64,000 nucleotides of DNA from Macrostomum lignano (lineage: Eukaryota), in contig NIVC01003410.1 in the NCBI GenBank assembly GCA_002269645.1, positions 1 to 64,000 on the forward strand, read 5' to 3'. Below are positions 50,101 to 62,018 of this stretch, piece by piece. The position numbers and the translations under genes were made by a program. The notes under the pieces were generated by a model. The model made no database searches, was not told the DNA's origin, and saw only the letters and a list, made by a program, of their open reading frames with translations. Numbering within the stretch: position 1 is the stretch's first letter; every line of letters starts with the position of its first letter.

Positions 50101-52285
50101 TACTCTCCTCTCTGCTCTTGCATTTCTTATCTCTCTTATCTTCTTTCTCCTATCTACTCTCTTTCTCTCTACTGTCGACTCTCCTCTCTACCCATTCATC
50201 TTTATCTCTACTCTCTTATCTCTCTTCTCTTATTTCTAATAGGTACTCTCTTACCTATCATCTCTCCTCTCCCCTCTAGCTCTTCTGTCCTCTCCTCTAT
50301 TCTCTGTTTTCTTTCTCTCTCTCCCTTCAACTCTCTCATGCTCTCTCTCAATCTCATGTTTTATCACCTTTTCTCTCTATCCCCTTTAATTTCCTCACTT
50401 ATCTGGCCTGCAGCCATGACAGGAGCTGGATTCTCTATTGGGCCCTCGAGGTAACAAAATGTAAGTCGCAAGTCTCCAGAGAGTAGCAGGGTGATACCCA
50501 TTAAGCTGGTTGTTTAGGCACAGATCCTATAGCATACATGCGCAACTGCTGGCCGACCTGGCCCACATAAATTGTGGTGGAACAAGGGTAAGTCACGAAA
50601 ATGCCCACTCCAAAGAATAGGCGTAGTACTAATTAGATGACAGAGGCATTTAGCCGTTATAAGACAGTCATAGATACTCCTGCCGTTTACCCAAAATTGC
50701 ATTAATTTTGCTTTAGGGTTTCTTTTACAGGTAAGTTGCATTTATGGTCAAAAAATAAGTCGCATGGCCAGTGCAAATCAGGGGAGTTGCGCATGTATGT
50801 CCTATACCTATAGCATAAGCTCAAGTGATTGGAAAGTCAGTTTGTGGGACAAAATACTCTCAACTCAATCAGATAGTAGGACAGTGGTTAGAATTTCTCA
50901 CTAAACTGTCATGGCTAAAGGTAGCCTCTCTATGGGGATGCAAAAAGGGCTATAAAAAAGTTATTCCAAAAAACTATACATTTGCTATGTACATTCAGCC
51001 CTATCGCCTGACCCTTAGTGTGTGGGGATGATTGAGTACCACAGACAACAGAAGAAGCAAACAAACTTTATATGCTTATTGTTTCTGTCCTGATTGAATT
51101 ATAGAGCTGAGACTTTCCATTTAGACAGAGAATAAGTTATTAAAGAATTTTTTTAAATTTGAGGTCAATTGCTTTATATGGAGCAAGCTTATGGCAGCCG
51201 AAATTTAGTCAATTTTGAAACCCTTTTTTACACATCTCACCAAAGAAGGGAAAAAGAAAGAGAGAAAGGCAGAGGTTAGGGTGGTTGCTATGCTAACAAG
51301 CAGACTAACTTTTAAAGTGCATAGCACCATTCAAGATTAACTTTGAGACTTGAAATTTTACATAATTGAATCAAAACAGTTGTTAGATAAGAAGGTTTTG
51401 AATTTTGAGATAGCCTAAGACATTTTCTCTAGAGTGACTTTAGGGTAGGTGAAGGTTGGTATAATTTGGTCTATACTATCAAACAAATTTGTATAGACAT
51501 AGACAAACAAACAGAGTTTTTATTTTTATAGGTATATATTTTCATTTGTATTTGTATAATAACTAATTATATGTCATCATTTTTATACAATATAAAAAAG
51601 CTTAGACTTACTAAATTTTATATAAAAAATATAAAATTTATAAAAATTAGGGGCCTTGCAAGTATTTAACAAGAAATTAAAAGGTAAAACTAAGTTCTAG
51701 CATAAAAAATTAGGCCTAATGTAAGACATGTCTTATGTTATTTAATATGAAATGCTAAGTCTAAAAACTAAAAGAAACTATTTTTTCAATTCTAAACAAA
51801 GATTTATTCACAAGGCCCATCTATTTAAATTTTATACATTTAAAATTTTGACCAAATTTCAAAAATTCCCTGGCCAGAAAACAACTTTAAATATTTAGAA
51901 TAGATTTATATATCTAGGCCTAGTATAGGCCTAACAGGAAATATAGGATATGGCACACCATTCAAGGAAAGGGTAAAAGTAATTGCACAGAGTACACTAT
52001 CTGGATTGCATTGCACATTTATTCATTCCTTGTTATATATTATATTAATTTTACATTTAGCCCGATTTAGGCCTATTATTTTACTCACCTGTACTGCTTT
52101 TTATCTGCTTCACTGATAATAAACTGATCGTAATAGCTAAAGCTAAAAAATTCTCTCCCATTGGCACTATCTGTTTTTGACAATGCAGGATCGTTTTCAC
52201 TTCTTTGACCTTGAGTTGATTCACTGCTGTGCTGTTCATCATCGGCCATAGAAACTGAACTTTCCAGTTTCTCTTCCTGACTCAT
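37930..52285 (-). CDS. NRDC: Nardilysin-like M16A (insulinase family) metalloendopeptidase, 16 exons
   Basis: Exons 52285-52089, 49099-48888, 48362-48022, 47346-47052, 46531-45843, 45507-45314, 44566-44476, 44367-44316, 43102-43019, 41619-41550, 41446-41301, 40426-40267, 40172-40104, 39750-39604, 39198-38764, 38145-37930. Motifs DKKQYR/LDNGL, an Asp/Ser-rich insert, AAALC...[14 protein letters not shown] (HxxEH), [19 protein letters not shown]. One base is missing at 45396-45399. Confidence 0.9.
38180..38720. repeat. About 23-bp minisatellite (GATATGATTCTCATGGATGAGTA), NRDC intron 15
   Basis: About 22 copies with small insertions. Confidence 0.93.
39240..39535. repeat. About 21-bp degenerate minisatellite (GGATTAGCGGTAGGATCAACC), NRDC intron 14
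   Basis: About 13 diverged copies. Confidence 0.88.
40560..41235. repeat. Purine-only GA-rich simple repeat, NRDC intron 11
   Basis: Units of the type GAGAGGGGAGAAGG. Confidence 0.95.
41750..42780. repeat. 20-bp minisatellite (CCCTCCCTCTCACAC[C/T]ATTC), NRDC intron 9
   Basis: About 48 copies. Confidence 0.98.
43160..44305. repeat. (GACA)n compound microsatellite, NRDC intron 8
   Basis: GACA with GAGA/GGCA interruptions; starts within about 10 nt of the donor. Confidence 0.98.
44660..45290. repeat. 24-bp minisatellite (ATCCCCAAATCCCAACCATTTATA), NRDC intron 6
   Basis: About 26 copies with a duplicated block of about 240 bp. Confidence 0.95.
45640..45840. repeat. 41-bp minisatellite with internal inverted repeat CAGTGAC/GTCACTG, NRDC intron 5
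   Basis: About 5 copies; CACACACAGCC anchors at 45740, 45781 and 45822. Confidence 0.88.
46590..46690 (-). repeat. 28-bp minisatellite (PAQR3-intron family), NRDC intron 4
   Basis: Three to four copies of TGGGAGGCTGGCCCAGCAACTGAGGATC, the reverse complement of the PAQR3 intron unit. Confidence 0.9.
46745..47035. repeat. 21-bp minisatellite (CACAGTCTGACCCTAGCAACA), NRDC intron 4
   Basis: About 14 copies. Confidence 0.95.
47445..47985. repeat. 25-bp minisatellite (GGATAAGGATGGGATCCCAGGTGTA), NRDC intron 3
   Basis: About 20 copies. Confidence 0.95.
49420..50400. repeat. CT-rich low-complexity tract, NRDC intron 1
   Basis: Nearly pure pyrimidine composition on the + strand. Confidence 0.92.
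50528..50806. mobile_element. Candidate MITE in NRDC intron 1
   Basis: Perfect 15-bp inverted repeats CATACATGCGCAACT (50533-50547) and AGTTGCGCATGTATG (50785-50799) with TATAG/CTATA-like outer flanks; no ORF. Confidence 0.45.
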
Positions 52286-52929
52286 TGCGACAAATTAATA
52301 AGACTAATATATTCGAAATTTTAATTTCGTGTTTTCGAATGATTGGTTGTGACCCTGACCTGCGTGGAGACAATGCTAGGATGATGCGTGCGTACTGCGT
52401 ACATACAAGCAGCTGCAGGCATCCGACATGCCGTGGTACAAGTTTAAAATAGTTTCGAAGAAAGAAGAGATTAACACATTGTATAATTAATAATAAGTAA
52501 GTAATGACCAAAGTAATAAACAAACAAAAGGGTAAATTTCTTTCTGCTCTGTTTTTTATATTCAGTTGCAATTAAAACTAATGCTTGTCAATAACTTCTC
52601 TTCTGTTCTGCAACTTTACAATCTAATCTGAAATTTCTTTCAACTTAGCTGCTCTCTGTGAAATTTCAGTCTGCACAGCAAATCTAGCTGGTGAACAATA
52701 TTTTTTTCAGATCTACACGCTCACTTACCATTTGAATTTTTTTGAGCGGGAAGTTGAAAGTTGAGTAAGTTGAAACTCGCTGCTTTTTGCACTGGAACGA
52801 GAGGAAAATAATTTACATGTAAGAAATAATTGGCCACGTACGCTACCTTTGCGCCCTAGTCAAAAGAATTCCCTTATGCACCAGTCCTTCCAGTGACTGT
52901 CTAAGCTTTTCCAATAGACACCTCGCATT

Positions 52930-54250
52930 GAGTCCCTTGAATTGGCCATTGATTTACTTGACTTAGCTGCAGGGGGCTCCGTGCGTCCGGAAACAGCGAG
53001 GAGGCTTTGCCGCCCATTTCGCTAACCCTGGCGACCACGGGCAGCTAGTGCTGCGGTGTCGCACAGGGAGAGTTCAGGTGGTGCCGGTGTCCGCAGCGCG
53101 GTCCCCCTCCGGAGAGTCCAGGAGGTGGATTGTCGCTCGCCCGGTAGCCCTTAGGTAGCGGACGAGCTGGCAGAGATTCTCGGGCCTAAAAACGTCGGAG
53201 AGGTCCGGGTCAAGGACTACTTAAGAATTCTGCCAATATTTGCAAGTGTAACGTCATGTGTTCTTAAGTGGTCCTTGGTCCGGGTTCGGGCCGAGGTAGG
53301 TGAGCCTGACCTGAGTAAAGGCGGGGCATTCACAGAATGAAGTGCTCCGCATTCTCGACACAGGAGAGGCAGAAAGGGCATTCCTCACTGCGGATTTTTC
53401 CCTGGAGGTGGCGATGCCTGGCAAAATGCCATGACCCGATCGAGGGCCATGGTCACCGCCCTGATGTCCCTGCGGTTGAGTCCAAGCAGGGCCTTGCGCA
53501 GGGCGGAGGAAGGACAGGGGACTAGTACAGCCCGCAGTTGGGGGCGTTAGCCCACCTCTCCCTGTGCTTTGAAGCCACCAACTGGTTGATCCGAGTGGTG
53601 ACAACGGCGATGGGGGTGGGGGCCACGGGCAGTGGACCAGTAAAAAAACCGGTCGAGCCAGCCTTGGCCAGGCGATCGGCCAACTCGTTGCCGGGGTGGC
53701 CCGAGTGCCCGGGGATCCATCTTAGGGACACCTTGTTGGAGGCGCCTAAGCGGTTGAGCTGCCCGATGCAGTCCAGGACTGTACGTGAGCAGGTGGTGGT
53801 GCGCTCAAGGGCGTGGATCGCCTCTTGACTGTCCGAGTGGAGGGTAATCTCCTTCCCCCAGACGCGCTGATTGTACAGCTCCATGGCGCAGAAGCTGATG
53901 GCGAGAACTCTGTTCTGGAAGACGGTGGAGCAGGTGCCGGTGTGTTGGGAGAAGGTCGCCACAGTTTTCCCTCCAGACACGATGCAGTAGCCGTAGCCAG
54001 AGGCGGAGTTGATTTGGGACCCGTCAGTGAAGCAGTGGATTTCACGGGATTTCCAGTTGTCCCTTGCTTCATGACATGGTTGAATGCTGGTTTTGAATTT
54101 GAGCGGAAGGCAGAGCGTGGACGGAATTCCGTCCGAGAGGGTCAGCAGGCCTCCCACTGCTTCCAGGTCTCGCAGGCTGAGGTCGCCGTGCGGCCGGAGG
54201 TGGATTGGCCATTGCTAGACAAGCTCAGTACATGAAATGCCCCCAAATCT
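52930..54250 (-). mobile_element. 5'-truncated non-LTR retrotransposon (RNase H + C-terminal zinc knuckle; R1/LOA/I-type)
   Basis: [42 protein letters not shown] (RNase HI); after a stop, CPFCLSCVENAEHF and CPAFTQVR. Disrupted. Confidence 0.88.
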
Positions 54251-55297
54251 TTGCTCGGAATAGGATCGGAGCTAGATGTTGGGGGGGTCCCTGTCATTTG
54301 CGCAGAAATTTCTCCAGGAAACTGTAGTATATAACAACAGGACGTAAAACTCAGACGTGTAGTTTTTAGGTGACCATTTTCTGAAAAAAATACACTGCAG
54401 AAATAGGAAAAAATCTCATGATTGCATTTGCTCTGGGCGGTAAGATATACCATTCTGTAATTTACATGTTAGCATGTACAACATGCTCATCTATTGTATT
54501 TTATTTATGAGATAGTTTTGTAGAGAAAGTTTCATTTTCATATCGTTTTCATTTTATTTCATAAGCCCAAGTCAAATTAATTAGTTGCAATTTTGAATAC
54601 TCACAAGTGTAATTTTTTGTTTGATTGTTCCTTCTTGAATCCAAACTGAATCCAAGAATGAATAACCTCGCCTCAGGCGCCAAAACTGAGGATCCGGGAT
54701 CCGGGGGCACCAAACTCCTGCGACCCTCTAATTGTGAGGACGCTTTAATTTTAGGTCCCCTCACAACCGTGAATGGCTGAGGCAATTTCAGTTAATTCCG
54801 CTAGAATCCTGGCTCCTGATTCACTCACTCATACACACACTACTCACACAGGGTGTACACAGCGGGCCTGAATTTCTGATTTTCAGTCATGTACACTGAG
54901 GTTGGCCCTCATGGACGAGAATGGCGCGACAACCGGACAAATGACGCGATCGAGAGCCAGACGAGTTTACAGCTGAGAGCTGCTCTGATGACCCGTGACG
55001 CGCCTTTGAATACATGCATGTACAGCTACGAAACTCTGCAGCTGCAGTAGCGTGGGAAGAGATTTTTGTTGCAAACTATTTTTATTATTCATATTGCGGT
55101 TCACTAAAACATTGTTCTGGAGAGTCTACATAAAATAAAACCCATTCTTCGAAGGTTCTACAAAGCACACATAAGCGAATACACGTACTTATGCTGCAGT
55201 ATTAACTACTTCTATCATTACAACGCTACACTGTTTAAGCCAATAAACGTTCACTGTTGCACCGATAGTAGTTCGGCAATACAGCAAGGCTGACTGC

Positions 55298-56563
55298 TCA
55301 ATATCGAACGCCGTGGATTTTGTCCGCCAGCTTGAACAGTCCCTTGTTTGCCTCTTTCTTGAAGATTTTGTACGGAGCCTTCAGTACGGCGATCGCGACT
55401 CCTGCATGCAAATTTTTGGCATTCACTTGAGTTTTGAAATTTTACCTTTTACGTCTAACAGATGGCACCAGTGTCTAACAGCTGTGGTGTGTCTAACACC
55501 TGTGGTGTGTCTAACAGCTGTGGTGTGTCTAACATGCAGCTCTTATGTGTCTAACAGCTGTGGTGTGTCTAACAGCTGTGGTGTGTCTAACATGCAGCTG
55601 TGGTGTGTCTAACAGCTGTGGTGTGTCTAACAGCTGTGGTGTGTCTAACAGCTGTGGTGTGTCTAACAGCTGTGGTGTGTCTAACAGCTGTGGTGTGTCT
55701 AACAGCTGTGGTGTGTCTAACAGCTGTGGTGTGTCTAACACCTGTGGTGTGTCTAACAGCTGTGGTGTGTCTAACATGCAGCTGTGGTGTGTCTAACAGC
55801 TGTGGTGTGTCTAACACCTGTGGTGTGTCTAACAGCTGTGGTGCGTCTAACATGCAGCTCTTATGTGTCTAACAGCTGTGGTGTGTCTAACAGCTGTGGT
55901 GTGTCTAACAGCTGTGGTGTGTCTAACATGCAGCTGTGGTGTGTCTAACAGCTGTGGTGTGTCTAACAGCTGTGGTGTGTCTAACAGCTGTGGTGTGTCT
56001 AACAGCTGTGGTGTGTCTAACAGCTGTGGTGTGTCTAACATGCAGCTGTGGTGTGTCTAACAGCTGTGGTGTGTCTAACAGCTGTAATGTGTCTAACAGC
56101 TGTGGTGTGTCTAACAGCTGTGGTGTGTCTAACAGCTGTAATGTGTCTAACAGCTGTGGTGTGTCTAACAGCTGTGGTGTGTCTAACAGCTGTGGTGTGT
56201 CTAACAGCTGTGGTGTGTCTAACAGCTGTGGTGTGTCTAACGGCTGTAATGTGTCTAACAGCTGTGGTGTGTCTAACAGCTTTGGTGTGTCTAACAGCTG
56301 TAATGTGTCTAACATGCAGCTGTGGTGTGTCCAACAGCTGTGTGTCTAACAGATCAGATGTCTCTAACAGCTGACATCAGAGTCTAACACTTGAGATAGC
56401 TATCTAACAGCTAGCACTGGAGTCTACTTGCGTGCAAATCTGTGCAAATAAAATTTTGGCGACATCCAAAAAACTTACTCTTTGGGCATCCGTCAGCCAC
56501 TGAGGTGCTCATGATGACGAGACTAAGTGCTGCTATGATGAATAGAAACCGCCACATGCGCAT
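55298..56563 (-). CDS. Small secreted cationic peptide 1 (62 aa precursor; candidate host-defence peptide)
   Basis: Exon 1 56563-56479 MRMWRFLFIIAALSLVIMSTSVADGCPK (donor A|GTAAGT, phase 1). Exon 2 55401-55298 (acceptor ATGCAG) gives RVAIAVLKAPYKIFKKEANKGLFKLADKIHGVRY*. A 36-nt GTAAGT...TAGCAG candidate 5'UTR intron lies at 56616-56581. Confidence 0.8.
55470..56370. repeat. 18-bp minisatellite (CTGTGGTGTGTCTAACAG) in the intron of peptide gene 1
   Basis: About 48 copies with periodic ATGC-insertion variants. Confidence 0.97.
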
Positions 56564-56794
56564 GTCGATAGCGGGTTGAGCTGCTAAACTGCTCAATAGA
56601 CAGCAGGATGACTTACTTGTTATTAAAATGGCTTGCGATGGCTATAAAATAGATGCATCAATTGCGCATCATATTTTGTAAGAACGCATTCCCAAGTTCT
56701 CAGTAATTCGTTCCTTAAAAGAATAAGTAATCTAACATATGATTGCTGTATCTCTATGGTCCAACCAGTTAACTTACACTACTCGGTTTTAAAA

Positions 56795-56972
<178 letters not shown>

Positions 56973-57437
56973 ATGTTAAATGCGGTTTAATCAGATGATT
57001 AGGAACGTTTCAGAAAATTTACTGTAAATGTCTAACTTTAAATAAATCTCGTTTAAAGTTAAGATGTAAATTCTTGTTTTTAGTTAAAAAATACTTTAAA
57101 AAATAGTTACACGTAACTTAAATATTTCCTTTCTTTTATATTTTTGTTTATTTAATGTTGTTAAAAACGAAATTCCCAAATTGCATTTTAAACAAAATAA
57201 AACTTGTAACCACTGTCGACATAGCGTCGTGTTGTCGTGTTTTAATGAAAAAAACAAAAAAATTTACTTCTACCAGTCATGCAAAAGGTTTCGCATTACC
57301 TAACACAGATTATTAATGGTTCACTCGAGTTTCTTACTACTCCAAGACAAAAATATAAATCTAAAAGTGCTACTTAAAGTAAGCAATAAGAGCACGTAGT
57401 CAGAAAATATTTGAATTTAACAAATAAGTGTTGCAAT

Positions 57438-59208
57438 CTACCTGCCCATTGCCTGCTTCATAGCTTTTTTGGCGGCTTCTTTTTCTACTTTATTCTTCAC
57501 TTTGTCCAGACCGCTCATCACTTTGTTCAAGTTCTCCACTTTCTTACTCTGGGGCGGCACCTTACCCGGCAGCTGACCCGACCGCGCCAGGCCGTGCTTG
57601 TTAACAGCTTTGGCTGTGGCCTTGTTGGCTGCCGCCTCCGCCATGCGCTGGGTGGTGGCAGCGACAGTGTTCCTGCCGGGGTCGTGGATTTTGTCAGCCA
57701 GCTGGTACAGCTTCTTGTTAACGAACCTTTGGCCGCCTTTAAATGAACTCTTAACAATTGACTTGGTTAAAGCTGCAATTGAGATTAGTGTCAGTCTGTT
57801 AGCGTTTTCTGAGTGTCAAATTCTCACGCGAGCTCATAACATTTTTTTCTAAACATCAGTTCGCGTCAGCTTGTGTCAGTTCGCGTCAGTTTGTGTCAGT
57901 TCGCGTCAGTTTGTGTCAGTTCATGTCAGTTTGTGTCAGTTCATGTCAGTTTGTGTCAGTTCACATCACTTTGTGTCAGTTCATGTCAGTTTGTGTCAGT
58001 TCATGTCAGTTTGTGTCAGTTCATGTCAGTTTGTGTCAGTTCATGTCAGTTTGTGTCAGTTCATGTCAGTTTGTGTCAGTTCATGTCAGTTTGTGTCAGT
58101 TCGCGTCAGTTTGTGTCAGTTTGCGTCAGTTTGTGTCAGTTCGCGTCAGTTTGTGTCAGTTCATGTCAGTTTGTGTCAGTTCATGTCAGTTTGTGTCAGT
58201 TCATGTCAGTTTGTGTCAGTTCGCGTCAGTTTGTGTCAGTTCGCGTCAGTTTGTGTCAGTTCATGTCAGTTTGTGTCAGTTTATGTCAGTTTGTGTCAGT
58301 TCATGTCAGTTTGTGTCAGTTCGCGTCAGTTTGTGTCAGTTCATGTCAGTTTGTGTCAGTTCATGTCAGTTTGTGTCAGTTCATGTCAGTTTGTGTCAGT
58401 TCATGTCAGTTTGTGTCAGTTCGCGTCAGTTTGTGTCAGTTCGCGTCAGTTTGTGTCAGTTCATGTCAGTTTGTGTCAGTTCATGTCAGTTTGTGTCAGT
58501 TCATGTCAGTTTGTGTCAGTTCATGTCAGTTTGTGTCAGTTCATGTCAGTTTGTGTCAGTTCATGTCAGTTTGTGTCAGTTCGCGTCAGTTTGTGTCAGT
58601 TCATGTCAGTTTGTGTCAGTTCATGTCAGTTTGTGTCAGTTCATGTCAGTTTGTGTCAGTTCGCGTCAGTTTGTGTCAGTTCATGTCAGTTTGTGTCAGT
58701 TCGCGTCAGTTTGTGTCAGTTCATGTCAGTTTGTGTCAGTTCATGTCAGTTTGTGTCAGTTCATGTCAGTTTGTGTCAGTTCATGTCAGTTTGTGTCAGT
58801 TCGCGTCAGTTTGTGTCAGTTCATGTCAGTTTGTGTCAGTTCATGTCAGTTTGTGTCAGTTCATGTCAGTTTGTGTCAGTTCGCGTCAGTTTGTGTCAGT
58901 TCATGTCAGTTTGTGTCAGTTCGCGTCAGTTTGTGTCGGTAAAAGAAGTTTTGTGTCAGCTCATTACATTTTGTGTCAGCTTATTAAACTTTGTGTCAGC
59001 TCATTACATTTTGTGTCAGCTCATTTAATTTTGTGTCAGCTCAATAAACTTTGTATCAGCTAGCTCATTACATTTTGTGTAAAAAATGGTTTGTTAAAAT
59101 TTAATAAATAAGCTTACAGATGGGACATCCGTGTCCCAAATCCACCAGTTGAGAAGCTGTTAAGAGAACAGTGAGCACTGCGATAAAGTGCTTCAAGTTC
59201 GTACTCAT
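57438..59208 (-). CDS. Small secreted cationic peptide 2 (141 aa precursor, long Lys/Ala-rich C-terminal extension)
   Basis: Exon 1 59208-59118 MSTNLKHFIAVLTVLLTASQLVDLGHGCPI (donor T|GTAAGC, phase 1). Exon 2 57772-57438 (acceptor TTGCAG) gives SLTKSIVKSSFKGGQRFVNKKLYQLADKIHDPGR...KKAMKQAMGR*. Confidence 0.8.
57855..59080. repeat. 20-bp minisatellite (TCAGTTTGTGTCAGTTC[AT/GC]G) in the intron of peptide gene 2
   Basis: About 54 regular copies built from two 10-bp halves; degenerate toward the donor. Confidence 0.98.
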
Positions 59209-59844
59209 TGGAACCAACTCGCGGCTTGAGTTATTCAGTGACAGCAACCAGCACCCATTTATTTGGTTTGATCAATTAGTTTGACGACAAATAAACTCGT
59301 GTGCTTAAAAAACTAGTCTAAAATGGCTGAGAGTCTAAATCAAGACTTCTCATGCATATTCCACCTGGTTGAAGAATTTGAAACAGGTAGGTTTAACCAT
59401 AGACGAAACAATTGACTCGCCAATGCTCACTATGAGGCTTTCAAATATAGCTTTTTTGGTTAATAACACTGAGACAATTAAAGAGAAAGTAAAATATGAT
59501 TTACAACAGCTTTTGATTAATAAAATTAAACATTTAAGTGCACCTTTATATTTAATAAATAATTTGGACCTGACAAAGTATTTAAAAAATATACTTTCGA
59601 AAACCTTTTGGCATGTACCTATTGAGATAGGCTTAAATGGAAATTCACTCTTGTTTTTTGGCACCTAGAAGTTTTACGGGACAGTCATCGCAAAAAGTTA
59701 CTTCAGTGATGCGCTTCTGAAATATCTGACTGGCATGCAGCTGAAGAGTGTTTTACACCGAGTGTACTACAGTGTTGAAGTTCTCTGACTATTAGGTTAG
59801 AGTTGTAAGACTAGGATGTCCCAGGATTGTGGTGGTTATATAGG

Positions 59845-61862
59845 TTTTGAGGTTGTGGAGTTTAGGGGTTGTGGAGTTTAGGGGTTGTGAAGTTTAGGGG
59901 TTATGTAGTTTAGGGGTTGTGTAGTTTAGGGGTTGTGTAGTTTAGGGGTTGTGTAGTTTAGTAGTTGTGTAGTTTAGGGGTTGTGTAGTTTAGGAGTTGT
60001 GGAGTTTAGAGGTTGTGTAGTTTAGGGGTTGTGTAGTTTAGGGGTTGTGTAGTTTAGGGGTTGTGTAGTTTAGGAGTTGTGTAGTTTAGGGGTTGTGGAG
60101 TTTAAGGGTTGTGTAGTTTAGAGGTTGTGTAGTTTAGGGGTTGTGTAGTTTAGGGGTTGTGTAGTTTAGGAGTTGTGTAGTTTAGGGGTTGTGTAGTTTA
60201 GGAGTTGTGGAGTTTAGGGGTTGTGAAGTTTAGGGGTTGTGGAGTTTAAGGGTTGTGAAGTTTAGGGGTTGTGTAGTTTAGGAGTTGTGGAGTTTAGGGT
60301 TTGTGAAGTTTAGGGGTTGTGTAGTTTAGGGGTTGTGGAGTTTAGGGGTTGTGTAGTTTGGGGTTTGTGAAGTTTAGGGGTTGTTGAGTTTAGGGGTTGT
60401 GGAGTTTAGGGGTTGTGTAGTTTAGGGGTTGTGTAGTTTAGGAGTTGTGTAGTTTAGGGGTTGTGTAGTTTAGGAGTTGTGGAGTTTAGAGGTTGTGTAG
60501 TTTAGGGGTTGTGTAGTTTAGGGGTTGTGTAGTTTAGGAGTTGTGTAGTTTAGGGGTTGTGGAGTTTAAGGGTTGTGTAGTTTAGAGGTTGTGTAGTTTA
60601 GGGGTTGTGTAGTTTAGGGGTTGTGTAGTTTAGGAGTTGTGTAGTTTAGGGGTTGTGTAGTTTAGGAGTTGTGGAGTTTAGGGTTTGTGAAGTTTAGGGG
60701 TTGTGGAGTTTAAGGGTTGTGAAGTTTAGGGGTTGTGAAGTTTAGGGGTTGTGGAGTTTAGGGTTTGTGAAGTTTAGGGGTTGTGTAGTTTAGGGGTTGT
60801 GGAGTTTAGGGGTTGTGTAGTTTGGGGTTTGTGAAGTTTAGGGGTTGTTGAGTTTAGGGGTTGTGGAGTTTAGGGGTTGTGTAGTTTAGGAGTTGTGTAG
60901 CTTAGGGGTTGTGTAGTTTAGGAGTTGTGTAGTTTAGGGGTTGTGTAGTTTAGGGGTTTTGTAGTTTAGGGGTTGTGTAGTTTAGAGGTTGTGTAGTTTA
61001 GGGGTTGTGTAGTTTAGGGGTTGTGTAGTTTAGGGGTTGTGTAGTTTAGGGGTTGTGTAGTTTAGGGTTTGTGAAGTTTAGGGGTTGTGTAATTTAGGGG
61101 TTGTGTAGTTTAGGGGTTGTGTAGTTTAGGAGTTGTGTAGTTTAGGGGTTGTGTAGTTTAGGAGTTGTGTAGTTTAGGGTTTGTGAAGTTTAGGGGTTGT
61201 GGAGTTTAAGGGTTGTGAAGTTTAGGGGTTGTGAAGTTTAGGGGTTGTGGAGTTTAGGGTTTGTGTAGTTTAGGGGTTGTGTAGTTTAGGGGTTTTGGAG
61301 TTTAGGGGTTGTGTAGTTTAGGGTTTGTGAAGTTTAGGGGTTGTGGAGTTTAGGGGTTGTGGAGTTTAGGAGTTGTGTAGTTTAGGAGTTGTGTAGTTTA
61401 GGGGTTGTGTAGTTTAGGAGTTGTGTAGCTTAGGGGTTGTGTAGTTTAGGGGTTGTGTAGTTTAGGGGTTGTGTAGTTTAGGGGTTGTGTAGTTTAGAGG
61501 TTGTGTAGTTTAGGGGTTGTGTAGTTTAGGGGTTGTGTAGTTTAGGAGTTGTGTAGTTTAGGGGTTGTGTAGTTTAGGGGTTGTGTAGTTTAGGGGTTGT
61601 GTAGTTTAGGGGTTGTGTAGTTTAGGGGTTGTGTAGTTTAGGGGTTGTGTAGTTTAGGGGTTGTGTAGTTTAGGAGTTGTGTAGTTTAGGGGTTTTGTAG
61701 TTTAGGGGTTGTGTAGTTTAGAGGTTGTGTAGTTTAGGGGCTGTGGAGTTTAGGGGTTGTGTAGTTTAGGGGTTGTGTAGTTTAGGGGTTGTGTAGTTTA
61801 GGGGTTGTGTAGTTTAGGGGTTGTGGAGTTTAGGGGTTGTGTAGTTTAGGAGTTGTGGAGTT
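59845..61862. repeat. 16-bp G-rich telomere-like minisatellite (TTTAGGGGTTGTGTAG)
   Basis: About 125 copies, intergenic between peptide genes 2 and 3. Confidence 0.97.
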
Positions 61863-62018
61863 CAGCAGTAGCTGAGGTCGCACACGTTCGCACTGATCAG
61901 CTGACCGCAACTACTCAAACAACCCAGTAGACGCTCGATGTCCAAAGGCTGTTGCCGAAGCAGCCGCAAAAGTGGAATAATAAAAACGCAGTGAACTCCA
62001 GTCTGCAAGGCTTTGTTC

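Noticed and set aside
59350-59668. Overlapping 99- and 104-aa AT-rich ORFs
   Set aside because: No recognisable motif, signal peptide or splice support; they sit in the presumed promoter region of peptide gene 2.
59845-61862. True telomere
   Set aside because: The unit is 16 bp rather than TTAGGG, and unique genic sequence lies on both sides.
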